Below the pieces are notes generated by a model that was given only the letters and a program-made list of their open reading frames with translations, did not search any database and was not told where the DNA came from. From a bacterium (GTDB lineage Bacteria > RBG-13-61-14 > DATKZS01), in the NCBI GenBank assembly GCA_046484135.1, contig JAWOBU010000262.1, positions 1 through 59,997 of the forward strand: a stretch of 59,997 bases of DNA, in the 5' to 3' direction. Position 1 is the first letter of the stretch, and each line of letters starts with the position of its first letter. The position numbers were made by a program, and so were the translations under genes. Below are positions 37,648 through 46,682 of the stretch, one piece after another.

Positions 37648-40104
37648 ATGGAATCAAGAAAGAAGGAAGACGAGATTCGGATCGGGGTCTACGTCTGCCA
37701 CTGCGGTCTTAACATCGCGGGGGTGGTGGACTGCGAGAAGGTTGCGGAGCAGGCGGGCGGTCTTTCCGACGTAGTGATAGCGCGTCATGAAGGCTACTGT
37801 TGCTCGGAGCCGGGCCAGCACCGGATCAAGGAGGACATCCAAGAGTATGGGTTGAACCGGGTGGTGGTGGCCTCCTGCTCGCCCCGGCTGCACGAGCCCA
37901 CCTTCCGGACCTGCGTGAAGGAAGCGGGCCTGAACCCTTACCTGCTGGAGATCGCAAACCTGCGCGAGCAGTGCTCCTGGGTACACGCCCCTGACCCGGA
38001 AGGAGCCACCAAGAAGGCCGCGGACCTGGTGGTTTCCGCGGTGTCGCGGGCGCGGCTCTTAAAGCCGCAGCAGGAGCTCGAGGTTCCCGTCCGGCGCTCG
38101 ACCATGGTGATAGGCGGAGGGGTCGCAGGCATCCAGGCCGCGCTTGATTTGGCGGACGCGGGCTACCACGTCTACCTGGTGGAAAAGCAGCCCAGCATCG
38201 GCGGCAACATGGCCCGGCTGGACAAGACCTTTCCCACCATGGACTGCTCGATATGAATACTCGGTCCTAAGATGACCGATGCCGGTCGGCATCCAAATAT
38301 CACGCTCCTGACCTTAAGCGAGGTCAAACAAGTAACGGGCTACGTAGGCAACTTCACCGTGCGGGTCCTCAAGAAGGCCCGCCGGGTAATAGAGGACGAG
38401 TGCACCGCGTGCGGCGACTGCGTCGAGGTCTGTCCGGTAACCGTGCCGGACGAGTTCAACATCGGTCTTTCCGTGCGCAGGGCCATCTACTCGCCCTTCC
38501 CGCAGGCCGTGCCCTCGGCGTACGTTATAGACATGGAGCACTGCCTGGGCCAGGACCCGATCGTGTGCGGCAAGTGCATCGAGAAGTGCGAGAAGAACTG
38601 CATAGACTTTAACATGAGCGACGAGGAGCTGACCTTCGAGGTCGGCACCATCATCGTGGCCACCGGCATGGACGTTTACGACCCCACCGAAATGGACGAG
38701 TACGGCTACACCCGATTCGAGAACGTGCTGACCTCCCTTGAGCTCGAACGGCTCATCAACGCGGGCGGACCCACCCAGGGCGAAGTCATCCGGCTGACCG
38801 ACCACAAACCTCCCCGGTCGGTGGCTTTCATCCAGTGCGTAGGCTCCCGCTCGCAACGGCACGGCAAGCCCTACTGCTCGAACATCTGCTGCATGAACAC
38901 CATCAAGAGCACGATCATGTTAAAAGAGCACTACCCGGACATGGAGATCAAGGTATTTTACGTAGACATCCGCGCTTTCGGCAAGGGATTTGAAGATTTG
39001 TTCCAGAAGAGCAAAAGCCTGGGGGTCCGCTACATACGCGGCCTTCCGGGCCAGATCAAGGAGGATGCGAAGACGCACAACCTGGTTCTTACCGCTGAGA
39101 ACACCGCCACCAACCGGCTGGAGACCCACGAGGTCGAGATGGTGGTCCTGGCGGTGGGGGTGCATGCACCCGAATCTGATGATATCCAGGGCATGCTGGC
39201 TCTTCAGACCACTGCAGACGGGTTCTATCTGGAAGCCCATCCCAAGCTCCAGCCGGTGGACTCGGCCAGCAAGGGCATCTACTTCGCAGGCTGTTCCGAA
39301 GGGCCCAAGGACATCAAGGAGTCGGTAACGCAAGCGTCCGCGGCAGCCGCCCGCGCCATGCGTCTCATGAACCCGGGCAAGCTCGGGATCGAGGCCATCA
39401 CCGCAGAGGTTCACCCCGAGAAATGCGACTCGTGCGGCATCTGCGCGCGGGTGTGTCCGTATAACGCCATTACGGTGGACACCAAATCGAAGAAGCCGGC
39501 CGAGGTCACCCTGGCGGCATGCGCGGGTTGCGGGACTTGCGCGGCGCAGTGCCCGAAGGACGCCATCGTGATGCACCACTTCGAGGACGCCCAGATCGAG
39601 GCCCAGATAGACACCATCCTTTCGGAGGACCCGGAGGAGAAGATACTCACCTTTGCTTGCAACTGGTGCTCTTACGCGGGCGCGGACTTCGCAGGGGTCT
39701 CGCGGCTTTCCTATCCTCCCAACGCCCGGCTTATCCGGACCATGTGCTCGGGCCGGGTGGACGAGAAGTTCATCTGGCGGGCGCTGGAGAAGGGCGCGCC
39801 GGTAGTGCTGGTGTCGGGCTGCCACATCGGGGACTGCCATTACATTGACGCCAACCAGTGGACGGAGAGGCGGCTCAAGAAGGTGTGGACCAGGATGGAG
39901 AAGCTCGGGCTCCGGCCGGAGCGGGTGGCCCTGGAATGGATCAGCGCCTCCGAAGGGCTCCGCTTCCAGAAGGTCATGATGAACATGGAAGAGCTGCGGA
40001 AAGGCGTAACCCAAGAAGAAATCGAAGACACTAAAAAGATCATCGCCCGCGAGAAAAAGAAAAAGAAGTCCGCCCGGAAAACCGGGACCGACGACAGCGA
40101 CTGA
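37648..40104 (+). CDS. hdrA: Selenocysteine-containing heterodisulfide reductase subunit A fused to a C-terminal MvhD domain (818 aa, Sec203)
   Basis: Track ORFs 37648..38256 and 38272..40104 are in one frame, joined by TGA 38254-38256 in [19 protein letters not shown], where HdrA has CxxC/Cxx[33 protein letters not shown]-terminal [26 protein letters not shown]. Confidence 0.93.
38278..38293 (+). promoter_or_regulatory. Candidate bacterial SECIS element
   Basis: Hairpin GATGCC-GGTC-GGCATC; the apical loop starts with G, 27 nt after the UGA. Confidence 0.7.
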
Positions 40105-40115
40105 GCCCGCCGCCT

Positions 40116-40958
40116 CTACAGCTCGGCGCGGGCGCCCACGGTGGCGAAGGTAAAGCGCTCCGGCAGGGCAGAGGCAAGCCGGGCCTCGTTTGCAAAGCCG
40201 GTGCAGTGGGCAGTGGCTATCAACCCTACATCAAGCTCTCGCAAAGCCTCGATGGTCCTCTCCACCTCCTCCGGCGAGCGGTCCACCATGTGCGTGCCTC
40301 CCCACACCGAATGGAACCGGTCGTTGCCGAGCCTTCCCTTCACGTGCCGCAACGTGTTGATAAGACCGCGGTGGGCGCAGCCCAGGATGACGGACACCCC
40401 CTGGTCCGTTACCACCGCCAGACAAGCATCGTCAACAATAAGGTCGTCCCGCCGCTTGTCCCCCTCCTGCACGAAAAAGCCGGACTCGATCTTCTCGAAG
40501 TCATCCTCCATGGGAATGCCGGTGAAAAAATGGACGCCCGGCACTATCTCCGCGGTGTCCTCGATCTCCCGGAAATCCGCGCCCGCTTTTTCCAGGTCCG
40601 CACGAGAATCAGGCATCCCGATGTAGAGCTCGATCTTTTTGCCGAACAACTCCCGCGAGACCCGCTTGTTCTCAAAGCAGGCGGGATGGCAATAGACCGG
40701 AGCGCCGCCGGAAGCGGTAAGTGCGGCCATAAGCCCGCCGGTGTGGTCATAATGCCCGTGCGAGAGCGCAATGGCCTTGAGACCTGTAAGGTTAATTCCC
40801 AGCGGCTTCAGGTTATGGGGAATACAAAACCCCTGGCCCGTGTCCCACAGTACCTTGCCGGCTTCGGTCTCCAGGAAAACGCCAAAGCCGTGCTCGCCGA
40901 TCAGTCCCTTGCCGAGCGGCACCTTGTTCTCGGCCACCACCGTCATCTTAACAGGCAT
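40116..40958 (-). CDS. MBL-fold metallo-hydrolase, MJ0301-like (dihydropteroate-synthase-like activity family)
   Basis: EHGF, WDTG, LSHGHYDHTGG, DD, GCAHRG, GGTH, HCTG; AAAGGAGG RBS. Confidence 0.88.
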   Translation of the reverse strand: MPVKMTVVAENKVPLGKGLIGEHGFGVFLETEAGKVLWDTGQGFCIPHNLKPLGINLTGLKAIALSHGHYDHTGGLMAALTASGGAPVYCHPACFENKRVSRELFGKKIELYIGMPDSRADLEKAGADFREIEDTAEIVPGVHFFTGIPMEDDFEKIESGFFVQEGDKRRDDLIVDDACLAVVTDQGVSVILGCAHRGLINTLRHVKGRLGNDRFHSVWGGTHMVDRSPEEVERTIEALRELDVGLIATAHCTGFANEARLASALPERFTFATVGARAEL

Positions 40959-41008
40959 CTCAAAACCTCCTTTGCGAACGCAAACTTCATCAAGCTTTTA
41001 TCACAGCA

Positions 41009-42448
41009 TCAGAACCCGTCCACCTTGGAGCCCATCGCCTCGATCAGGGCGTGGGCCTTGTCATAGGTCTCGTCGTACTCGCTTTCCGGGTCGGAGTCGT
41101 ATACAATGCCACCGCCGGCGCCGAAGTAGACCTCGCCTTGCCGCTTGATCATGGTGCGGATCGCTATGTTCAGGTCCAGGTCTCCGTCAAAACCGATGTA
41201 GCCGATGGAGCCGGTGTAAACGCTTCTTGTCTTTGTTTCCAGCTCGTCTATTATCTGCATGGCCCTTATCTTGGGCGCGCCCGTAATGCTGCCTCCCGGA
41301 AAGGTGGCTTTTAAAAGCTCGGTAACGTCGGTTTGTTCCCGGAGCTCTCCTTCCACCGTGCTCACCAGGTGATGGACGCGGGAGTAGCTCTCGCACTGGG
41401 CATGCCGGGTGACCCGCACAGTACCGTACTCGCAGACCCTTCCCAGGTCGTTTCTCTCGAGGTCCACGATCATGTTGAGCTCGGCACGGTCTTTTTCGCT
41501 GGAGAGAAGCTGGGCCCGGTACCAGGCGTCGTCACGGGGATTGGTCCCCCGCGGCCGCGTGCCTTTGATGGGCCGGGTTTCCACGCCCTGGCCCTTGACC
41601 CGCAGGAACCTCTCCGGTGAGCTGGACATGATCTGGAAGTCGCCCGCCTGGATGAAAGCGGCAAAAGGAGCGGAGTTCTTCTGGCGGAGCCGCCAGTAGA
41701 GGTCCCAGGCGGTGCCCTCCATGACCGGGGCATGGAAACGCTGGGAAAGGTTTACCTGGTAGATGTCTCCGGCAAGTATGTAGTCCTTGGCTTTGCGCAC
41801 ACTGTCGAGATAGCCGTCCCTGGTGAAGTTGGACCGAAGTTCGCCGCTCCGGATGGAACCGGCCTCCGACGGTCCCTCCATGACGCTCCGCACCGCTTCC
41901 CGGACCTCTTTCATCCGCTGTTCTAAAGTGGGTCTTTTCAAGCCGAAGTCAACGTAACAGATGAACCACTGCTCCATGATGTGATCATAAGCGAGCACCG
42001 TATCATAAAACCCGAGGTAGGTTTCCGGAAGGTCCAGGTCGTCCGTTACGGTAGCGGGAAGCTTCTCGATCTGTCTTCCCCCTTCATAAGCAAAGTAGCC
42101 GGCGACCCCTCCGCGAAAGGGTATCCAGGAGGGCTCGCTCCGCACGGAGAACAGGGCGAGGTTCCGTTTTAATACGTCGAAGGGACTGGCGTGTTCCCAT
42201 TTAAGGCGGGAGCCGATCCGGAACGCCGTTACTTTGTCGCGGCTGGACAGGGTGAACAGCGGATCATAGACGATAAAGGACCATCTTCCCAGCCCGTACC
42301 TGTCCACCAGGGAGCTGTCCAGGAACATGCTTCCCTGCCGGTCGGCGAAAGGGGCGAACAGGTACTCGGGAGGCAGGTCTATCTCGAGAAGCCGTACTCT
42401 TATGACTCCCCGGTAGACCGGCTCGCGTCCTGTATTGGAAAGCTTCAT
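41009..42448 (-). CDS. pabB: Aminodeoxychorismate synthase component I
   Basis: FLDS, GDIYQVNLSQRF, SSPERF, PIKGTRPRG (PabB-type Lys), MIVDLERNDLGRV, FPGGSITGAPK, NIAIRT. Start uncertain. Confidence 0.9.
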   Translation of the reverse strand: MKLSNTGREPVYRGVIRVRLLEIDLPPEYLFAPFADRQGSMFLDSSLVDRYGLGRWSFIVYDPLFTLSSRDKVTAFRIGSRLKWEHASPFDVLKRNLALFSVRSEPSWIPFRGGVAGYFAYEGGRQIEKLPATVTDDLDLPETYLGFYDTVLAYDHIMEQWFICYVDFGLKRPTLEQRMKEVREAVRSVMEGPSEAGSIRSGELRSNFTRDGYLDSVRKAKDYILAGDIYQVNLSQRFHAPVMEGTAWDLYWRLRQKNSAPFAAFIQAGDFQIMSSSPERFLRVKGQGVETRPIKGTRPRGTNPRDDAWYRAQLLSSEKDRAELNMIVDLERNDLGRVCEYGTVRVTRHAQCESYSRVHHLVSTVEGELREQTDVTELLKATFPGGSITGAPKIRAMQIIDELETKTRSVYTGSIGYIGFDGDLDLNIAIRTMIKRQGEVYFGAGGGIVYDSDPESEYDETYDKAHALIEAMGSKVDGF

Positions 42449-42462
42449 CCCGGCTTTTCCTC

Positions 42463-43035
42463 TCAGTCCGGCAGCTCGACAAAGTTTTCTAATATCCTTG
42501 CGCCTTCGGGCGTGAGAAAGGACTCGGGGTGATACTGCACCCCTAAAAGCTTCCATTGTTTATGCCGCACTCCCATCAAGGTGCCGTAGATGGTCCGGCA
42601 GGTGGGTTCCAGAAAGTCGGGCAGGTCCTCTTCCCGAAGGCCGAGCGAGTGATAACGCATGGCTGAAAAAGGGTTTGCCACCTCGTGATGAATGTCCCTG
42701 TTGTCATGGACCACCCAGGAGGCCTTGCCGTGCATGATCTCGGGTGCGTTATTAACCGGCATTCCAAGTACGTGCCCGATGGCCTGGAACCCCAGGCACA
42801 CGCCCAGGGTCCAGACCCGGGGGGAGAACTCGCGGATAACGTCGCAGGAGATGCCCGCGTCCTCCGGCCGGCCCGGACCCGGGGATATGACGATCCGGTC
42901 GGCCTGTAAAGAAGCGAGCTCGTTTAAAGAAACCTGGTCGTTCCGGTAAACGATAAGCTCGTGTCCCATGGACCCCAAAGCCTGCACCAGGTTAAAGGTA
43001 AAGGAATCGTAATTGTCTATCATCAGGATTTTCAT
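42463..43035 (-). CDS. pabA: Aminodeoxychorismate/anthranilate synthase component II (glutamine amidotransferase)
   Basis: IDNYDSFTFNL, SPGPG, GVCLG, RYHSL, QYHPES; directly upstream of pabB. Confidence 0.9.
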   Translation of the reverse strand: MKILMIDNYDSFTFNLVQALGSMGHELIVYRNDQVSLNELASLQADRIVISPGPGRPEDAGISCDVIREFSPRVWTLGVCLGFQAIGHVLGMPVNNAPEIMHGKASWVVHDNRDIHHEVANPFSAMRYHSLGLREEDLPDFLEPTCRTIYGTLMGVRHKQWKLLGVQYHPESFLTPEGARILENFVELPD

Positions 43036-43070
43036 GACTCTGTCGTTTTATGGAACTCTCCCCTGTGGTT

Positions 43071-43099
43071 ATTATATTCTGCCACGCTGTTAAGTTCAG
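43071..43099 (-). promoter_or_regulatory. Possible sigma70 promoter for pabA-pabB
   Basis: Minus strand CTGAAC-N17-TATAAT. Confidence 0.4.
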
Positions 43100-43161
43100 G
43101 CAAATCAGGGAAGACAACGCATAAGGCTGGATTACTTCAACAAGAAAAGATCAAGGCCCTG

Positions 43162-44358
43162 CTATCGTGAGCCGGGAGTTTCAGAACCGGTTTCTAAAAG
43201 CCGCCCTTGGCGAAGCTCATAGGTGGTTATGGAATGTTCCTTGCGGTCAGGCCCGCCTCCGGCGGCGTGATGAACAATGGTTCTGGTTATCCTGATCCCT
43301 TTTTCATCATTTTCCACTTTTATCTTTCCTTCTTGCCACGCGCCGTTTTCTCCCAGCCGGTACCTGGGAAAGGAACGGGAGTGGGCCAGCCGAAGCCCGT
43401 CTTTGCCCACCTGATACAAAAGGAGCGTGCCGTCCGTGCCCAGGTTTTCTTCGCCGGGAAGATCGTGATAAAACACTGCCGCCAGCAGGCTCTCGCCGGA
43501 GGCTAGCTTGACCTCCGAAAGCGAAGCGTGCCCGCGGGAAGGCTTGGGATAGGCTTTATCGAGCCGGACCTTGTCCACGGTGGAGCCCTCTCTCGAGAGA
43601 GAAACATGATACATGAAGCTTCCTTCCTGGTTCTCGGGCTCCACCGACCAGAAGCACGCCCGGCCTTGCTCCTCTGGTCCCAGGTCCTTACAGATGTCTA
43701 CCTCTGCGCCGGGAAGGACTACTTTGATCACCAGGAAGCCGGCCACTCCCAGCGCCGCCATGGCCAGCCCGAACCAGTTTATATAGCGGTCCAGTGCGTC
43801 GCGGATGGGCATCTTGAACACTCGCTGCGAAAAGAAGTCCCCGTAGTAGCAGACCACTCCTTCAGCCATGAAGCGGGTGGAACGGCTCAGGATCGAGCCC
43901 AGCAGAAAAACCGGAAAGTTGACCGCGGCCACACCCGCGGTGATGGTGAAGACCTTGTATGGCAGAGGCGTCAGCCCGGCGAACATGATGATGATGAAGT
44001 TATACTGGTCGAACCATTCCCGGAACTGCCAGTACTTGTCCATGACACCGTAGAACTTGATGATCTCGATGCCCACAGTGTCGAAAAACAGAAAACCGAT
44101 AAGATACCCGACTATCCCGCCGAGCACGGACGTTACGGAAGTTATGGCCCCGAAGCGGAGCGCCCGGTCCGGCCGGGACACCCCCATGGGAATGAGAAGC
44201 ACGTCCGGCGGAATGGGAAAGAAAGACGACTCGGCAAAGGAAAGGACGCCCAGCATCTTCTCCGCGTGGGGGCTCTCCGCCCAGTGAAGAACCCAGTTAT
44301 AAAGCGCCCGGACCCATCTCGTCAGGAAGAACCCGCGGCTCTCATTCTTTCCAGCCAT
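43162..44358 (-). CDS. yqaA: YqaA/DedA (VTT) family membrane protein with an extra C-terminal soluble domain
   Basis: SFAESSFFPIPPDVLL, TPLPYKVFTITAG, SRSTRF; position after surE-pcm; ~180-aa C-terminal extension. Confidence 0.85.
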   Translation of the reverse strand: MAGKNESRGFFLTRWVRALYNWVLHWAESPHAEKMLGVLSFAESSFFPIPPDVLLIPMGVSRPDRALRFGAITSVTSVLGGIVGYLIGFLFFDTVGIEIIKFYGVMDKYWQFREWFDQYNFIIIMFAGLTPLPYKVFTITAGVAAVNFPVFLLGSILSRSTRFMAEGVVCYYGDFFSQRVFKMPIRDALDRYINWFGLAMAALGVAGFLVIKVVLPGAEVDICKDLGPEEQGRACFWSVEPENQEGSFMYHVSLSREGSTVDKVRLDKAYPKPSRGHASLSEVKLASGESLLAAVFYHDLPGEENLGTDGTLLLYQVGKDGLRLAHSRSFPRYRLGENGAWQEGKIKVENDEKGIRITRTIVHHAAGGGPDRKEHSITTYELRQGRLLETGSETPGSR

Positions 44359-44992
44359 GGCTCCCCACCAGCTCCACGAAACGGTAGGGACCGATGTCCC
44401 GCGTCTCCAGCTTCTCGCCGTGCTTTACACCCACGATCATGTGCTGGGAGTACTTGCTTCCCACCGGTATCACTATACGGCCGCCGTCCTTTAACTGGTT
44501 CACCAGCGGCTTTGGTATCTCGGGCGCGGCCGCGGTGACCAGCACGCCGTCATAAGGGGAATGCTCCTTCCAGCCCAGGGTCCCGTCTCCCACCTTCACC
44601 GCCACGTTATGGTATCCCATCTCGTCCAGGATGTTCCGGGCGAACATGGCCAGGTCACGATGTCTTTCCACCGAGTAGACCCACTGGGCGATCTCGGCCA
44701 GGATGGCCGCCTGGTAGCCGGAGCCGGTGCCGATCTCGAGCACTATCTCGTCTCCCTGAAGCTCGAGGGCTTCGGTCATGCGGGCCACCGTGTAAGGCTG
44801 GCTTATGGTCTGGCCTCCGCCGATGGGGAGCGGGCAATCGTCATAGGCCCGGCTTTGCACCCCCTCCGGCATGAAACGATGGCGCGGTATCTTGCGGAAC
44901 GCCGCCAGGACCAGCGGGTCCTGGATGCCCCGCCGCTCGAGCTGGGTCCGGACCATCTTCTCGCGCTGGCCTGCGAACTCGTTCTTGTTCAT
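44342..44992 (-). CDS. pcm: Protein-L-isoaspartate O-methyltransferase
   Basis: PRHRF, GQTISQP, LEIGTGSGYQAA, GDGTLGW, PYDGVLVTAA. Confidence 0.96.
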   Translation of the reverse strand: MNKNEFAGQREKMVRTQLERRGIQDPLVLAAFRKIPRHRFMPEGVQSRAYDDCPLPIGGGQTISQPYTVARMTEALELQGDEIVLEIGTGSGYQAAILAEIAQWVYSVERHRDLAMFARNILDEMGYHNVAVKVGDGTLGWKEHSPYDGVLVTAAAPEIPKPLVNQLKDGGRIVIPVGSKYSQHMIVGVKHGEKLETRDIGPYRFVELVGSHGWKE

Positions 44993-45762
44993 CAACAGAG
45001 CTCCTCGCTGTCCAGTATTCTCCGGAGCCTTTCGTGCTCGGCCTTCCTGGTCAGGTCCAGCCGGATGGGGGTTACGGAAACGTAACCCTGCTCAACCGCA
45101 ACAATGTCGGAACCAGGTATATCTTCTCCCCCCATAATGGCCCCGCCCAGCCGGTAGGTCTGGTTGCCGGAAGAGTCTTCTTGAACGTGGATTATATTAT
45201 CATATCTCCTGATGCCCTGCGTGGTCACCCGCATTCCTTTTATTTGTTCGGCCGGCAGGTCCGGCACGTTCACGTTCAAAAAGGTCCGGGAAGAAAGCTC
45301 GTCCTTTTGGACCAGCTCGGCCATGCGAAGGGCGTAATTCGCGGCTTCCCGGAAGTCCGGCTCTTCCCGGGTCGTGTCCAGGGAAACGGCGAAAGCGGGA
45401 AACCCCAGCATGGCAGCTTCCCGCGCCCCCGCGGCTGTGCCCGAGTAATTGATGTCGCAACCTAAATTGGCGCCCCGGTTGATGCCGGAGACTACCACAT
45501 GAGGAGGATTGTCGCGGAAAATGTGGTTCACCGCTATATGGACGCAGTCCACCGGAGTGCCGCTCAAGGCACACCTGCCGTTCCCGCAATGATACACCCG
45601 GAGCATGTGACGCAGTGACAGGGAATGGCTGGCCCCGCTCCGCTCCTCGTCCGGAGCAACCACCAGTACCTCGAAACCGGCGCCCGAGAAAGCTCTTTCC
45701 AGCTCCAGCAGACCCGGAGCGTCAATTCCATCGTCGTTAGTTAAAAGGACCCGCAAATTCAA
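44992..45762 (-). CDS. surE: 5'/3'-nucleotidase SurE
   Basis: LLTNDDG, SGASHS, GTPVDCV, SGINRGAN, YSGT, NVN, VSVTP. Confidence 0.96.
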   Translation of the reverse strand: MNLRVLLTNDDGIDAPGLLELERAFSGAGFEVLVVAPDEERSGASHSLSLRHMLRVYHCGNGRCALSGTPVDCVHIAVNHIFRDNPPHVVVSGINRGANLGCDINYSGTAAGAREAAMLGFPAFAVSLDTTREEPDFREAANYALRMAELVQKDELSSRTFLNVNVPDLPAEQIKGMRVTTQGIRRYDNIIHVQEDSSGNQTYRLGGAIMGGEDIPGSDIVAVEQGYVSVTPIRLDLTRKAEHERLRRILDSEELC

Positions 45763-45790
45763 TTTAAACCAGCTTTATAAAATTCTTTCG

Positions 45791-45820
45791 ATTCTATCCG
45801 CTCTATCTGAATATAGTCAA
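45791..45820 (-). promoter_or_regulatory. Possible sigma70 promoter for surE-pcm-yqaA
   Basis: Minus strand TTGACT-N18-TAGAAT. Confidence 0.45.
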
Positions 45821-46010
45821 ACTTACTCCGGTTACCAACTTTGCTTTCTCCCTATGGACTCGGAAGGATGCCGTAACCATGCTTTTGGAATGGACAGGGA
45901 CGGGCTCACCGGTTATCATTTCTCTGCGGACATGAGGGCGTAAGCCACTGAAGTTTTTTACATCCGTTTGTCAAAGGTTGTTCCGGGAAAGCAAAAAGGA
46001 GTACACGGTC

Positions 46011-46682
46011 ATGGCAAATGACTATATGGAATTGCGAAATAAGGTCAATGCGTGTGCAAAAGAAGCCGCCAAAGCAGGCTGGGTCTCCGGTTCCTCCGGC
46101 AACATAAGCCTTCGAGTGCCTGGCGCGGAGGACCTGTATGTTATCACACCCAGCGGCGTTAGCTATGACCGTTTAAGTCCGGAGCAGGTAGTGGTCTGCG
46201 ATGAGAGTTCCAACAAGATCATAGATGTGGAGACATTGCCCAGCTTCGAGTTTCCCCTCCACCTTGCCGTCTATAAAGCCCGGCCCGACGTTATGGCTGT
46301 GATACATACCCATGCTGTTTTCAGCACTGTGCTCTCCGTGTTGCGGACAGGGATTCCGCCCATAGTGGAGGAGATGGTCCCCTACCTGGGAGGAGCGGTG
46401 GAAGTGGCCGACTACGCGCAGTCGGGTACGGACCGACTGGCAAAGAACGTGGTCAAGGCCCTCTCTCACAAGGCCGCGGTACTGATCGCAAACCACGGCA
46501 ACGTGGGGGTGGGCAGGAACCTGGAAAAAGCCTTTACAGTCATCGAACAGCTCGAACGTGTCGCCCGTATTTACCTGGAGTGTTTGAAGACCACCCCCCA
46601 CGCTCCCGGCGGGGCTCACACCATTCCCCCCGAGGTCATCGAGAACGAGAAAGCCATGTACGAAAAGCTCAAAGAGAGTTGA
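46011..46682 (+). CDS. Class II aldolase/adducin family protein (fuculose-phosphate aldolase-like)
   Basis: SGNIS, ITPSG, PSFE..LH, HTH, NHG; AAGGAG RBS before ATG 46011. Confidence 0.88.
   Translation: MANDYMELRNKVNACAKEAAKAGWVSGSSGNISLRVPGAEDLYVITPSGVSYDRLSPEQVVVCDESSNKIIDVETLPSFEFPLHLAVYKARPDVMAVIHTHAVFSTVLSVLRTGIPPIVEEMVPYLGGAVEVADYAQSGTDRLAKNVVKALSHKAAVLIANHGNVGVGRNLEKAFTVIEQLERVARIYLECLKTTPHAPGGAHTIPPEVIENEKAMYEKLKES

Noticed and set aside
37648..40104. hdrA as a pseudogene or two separate genes
   Set aside because: The single TGA falls exactly on a conserved Cys/Sec position, the frame is preserved, and a SECIS-like hairpin follows.
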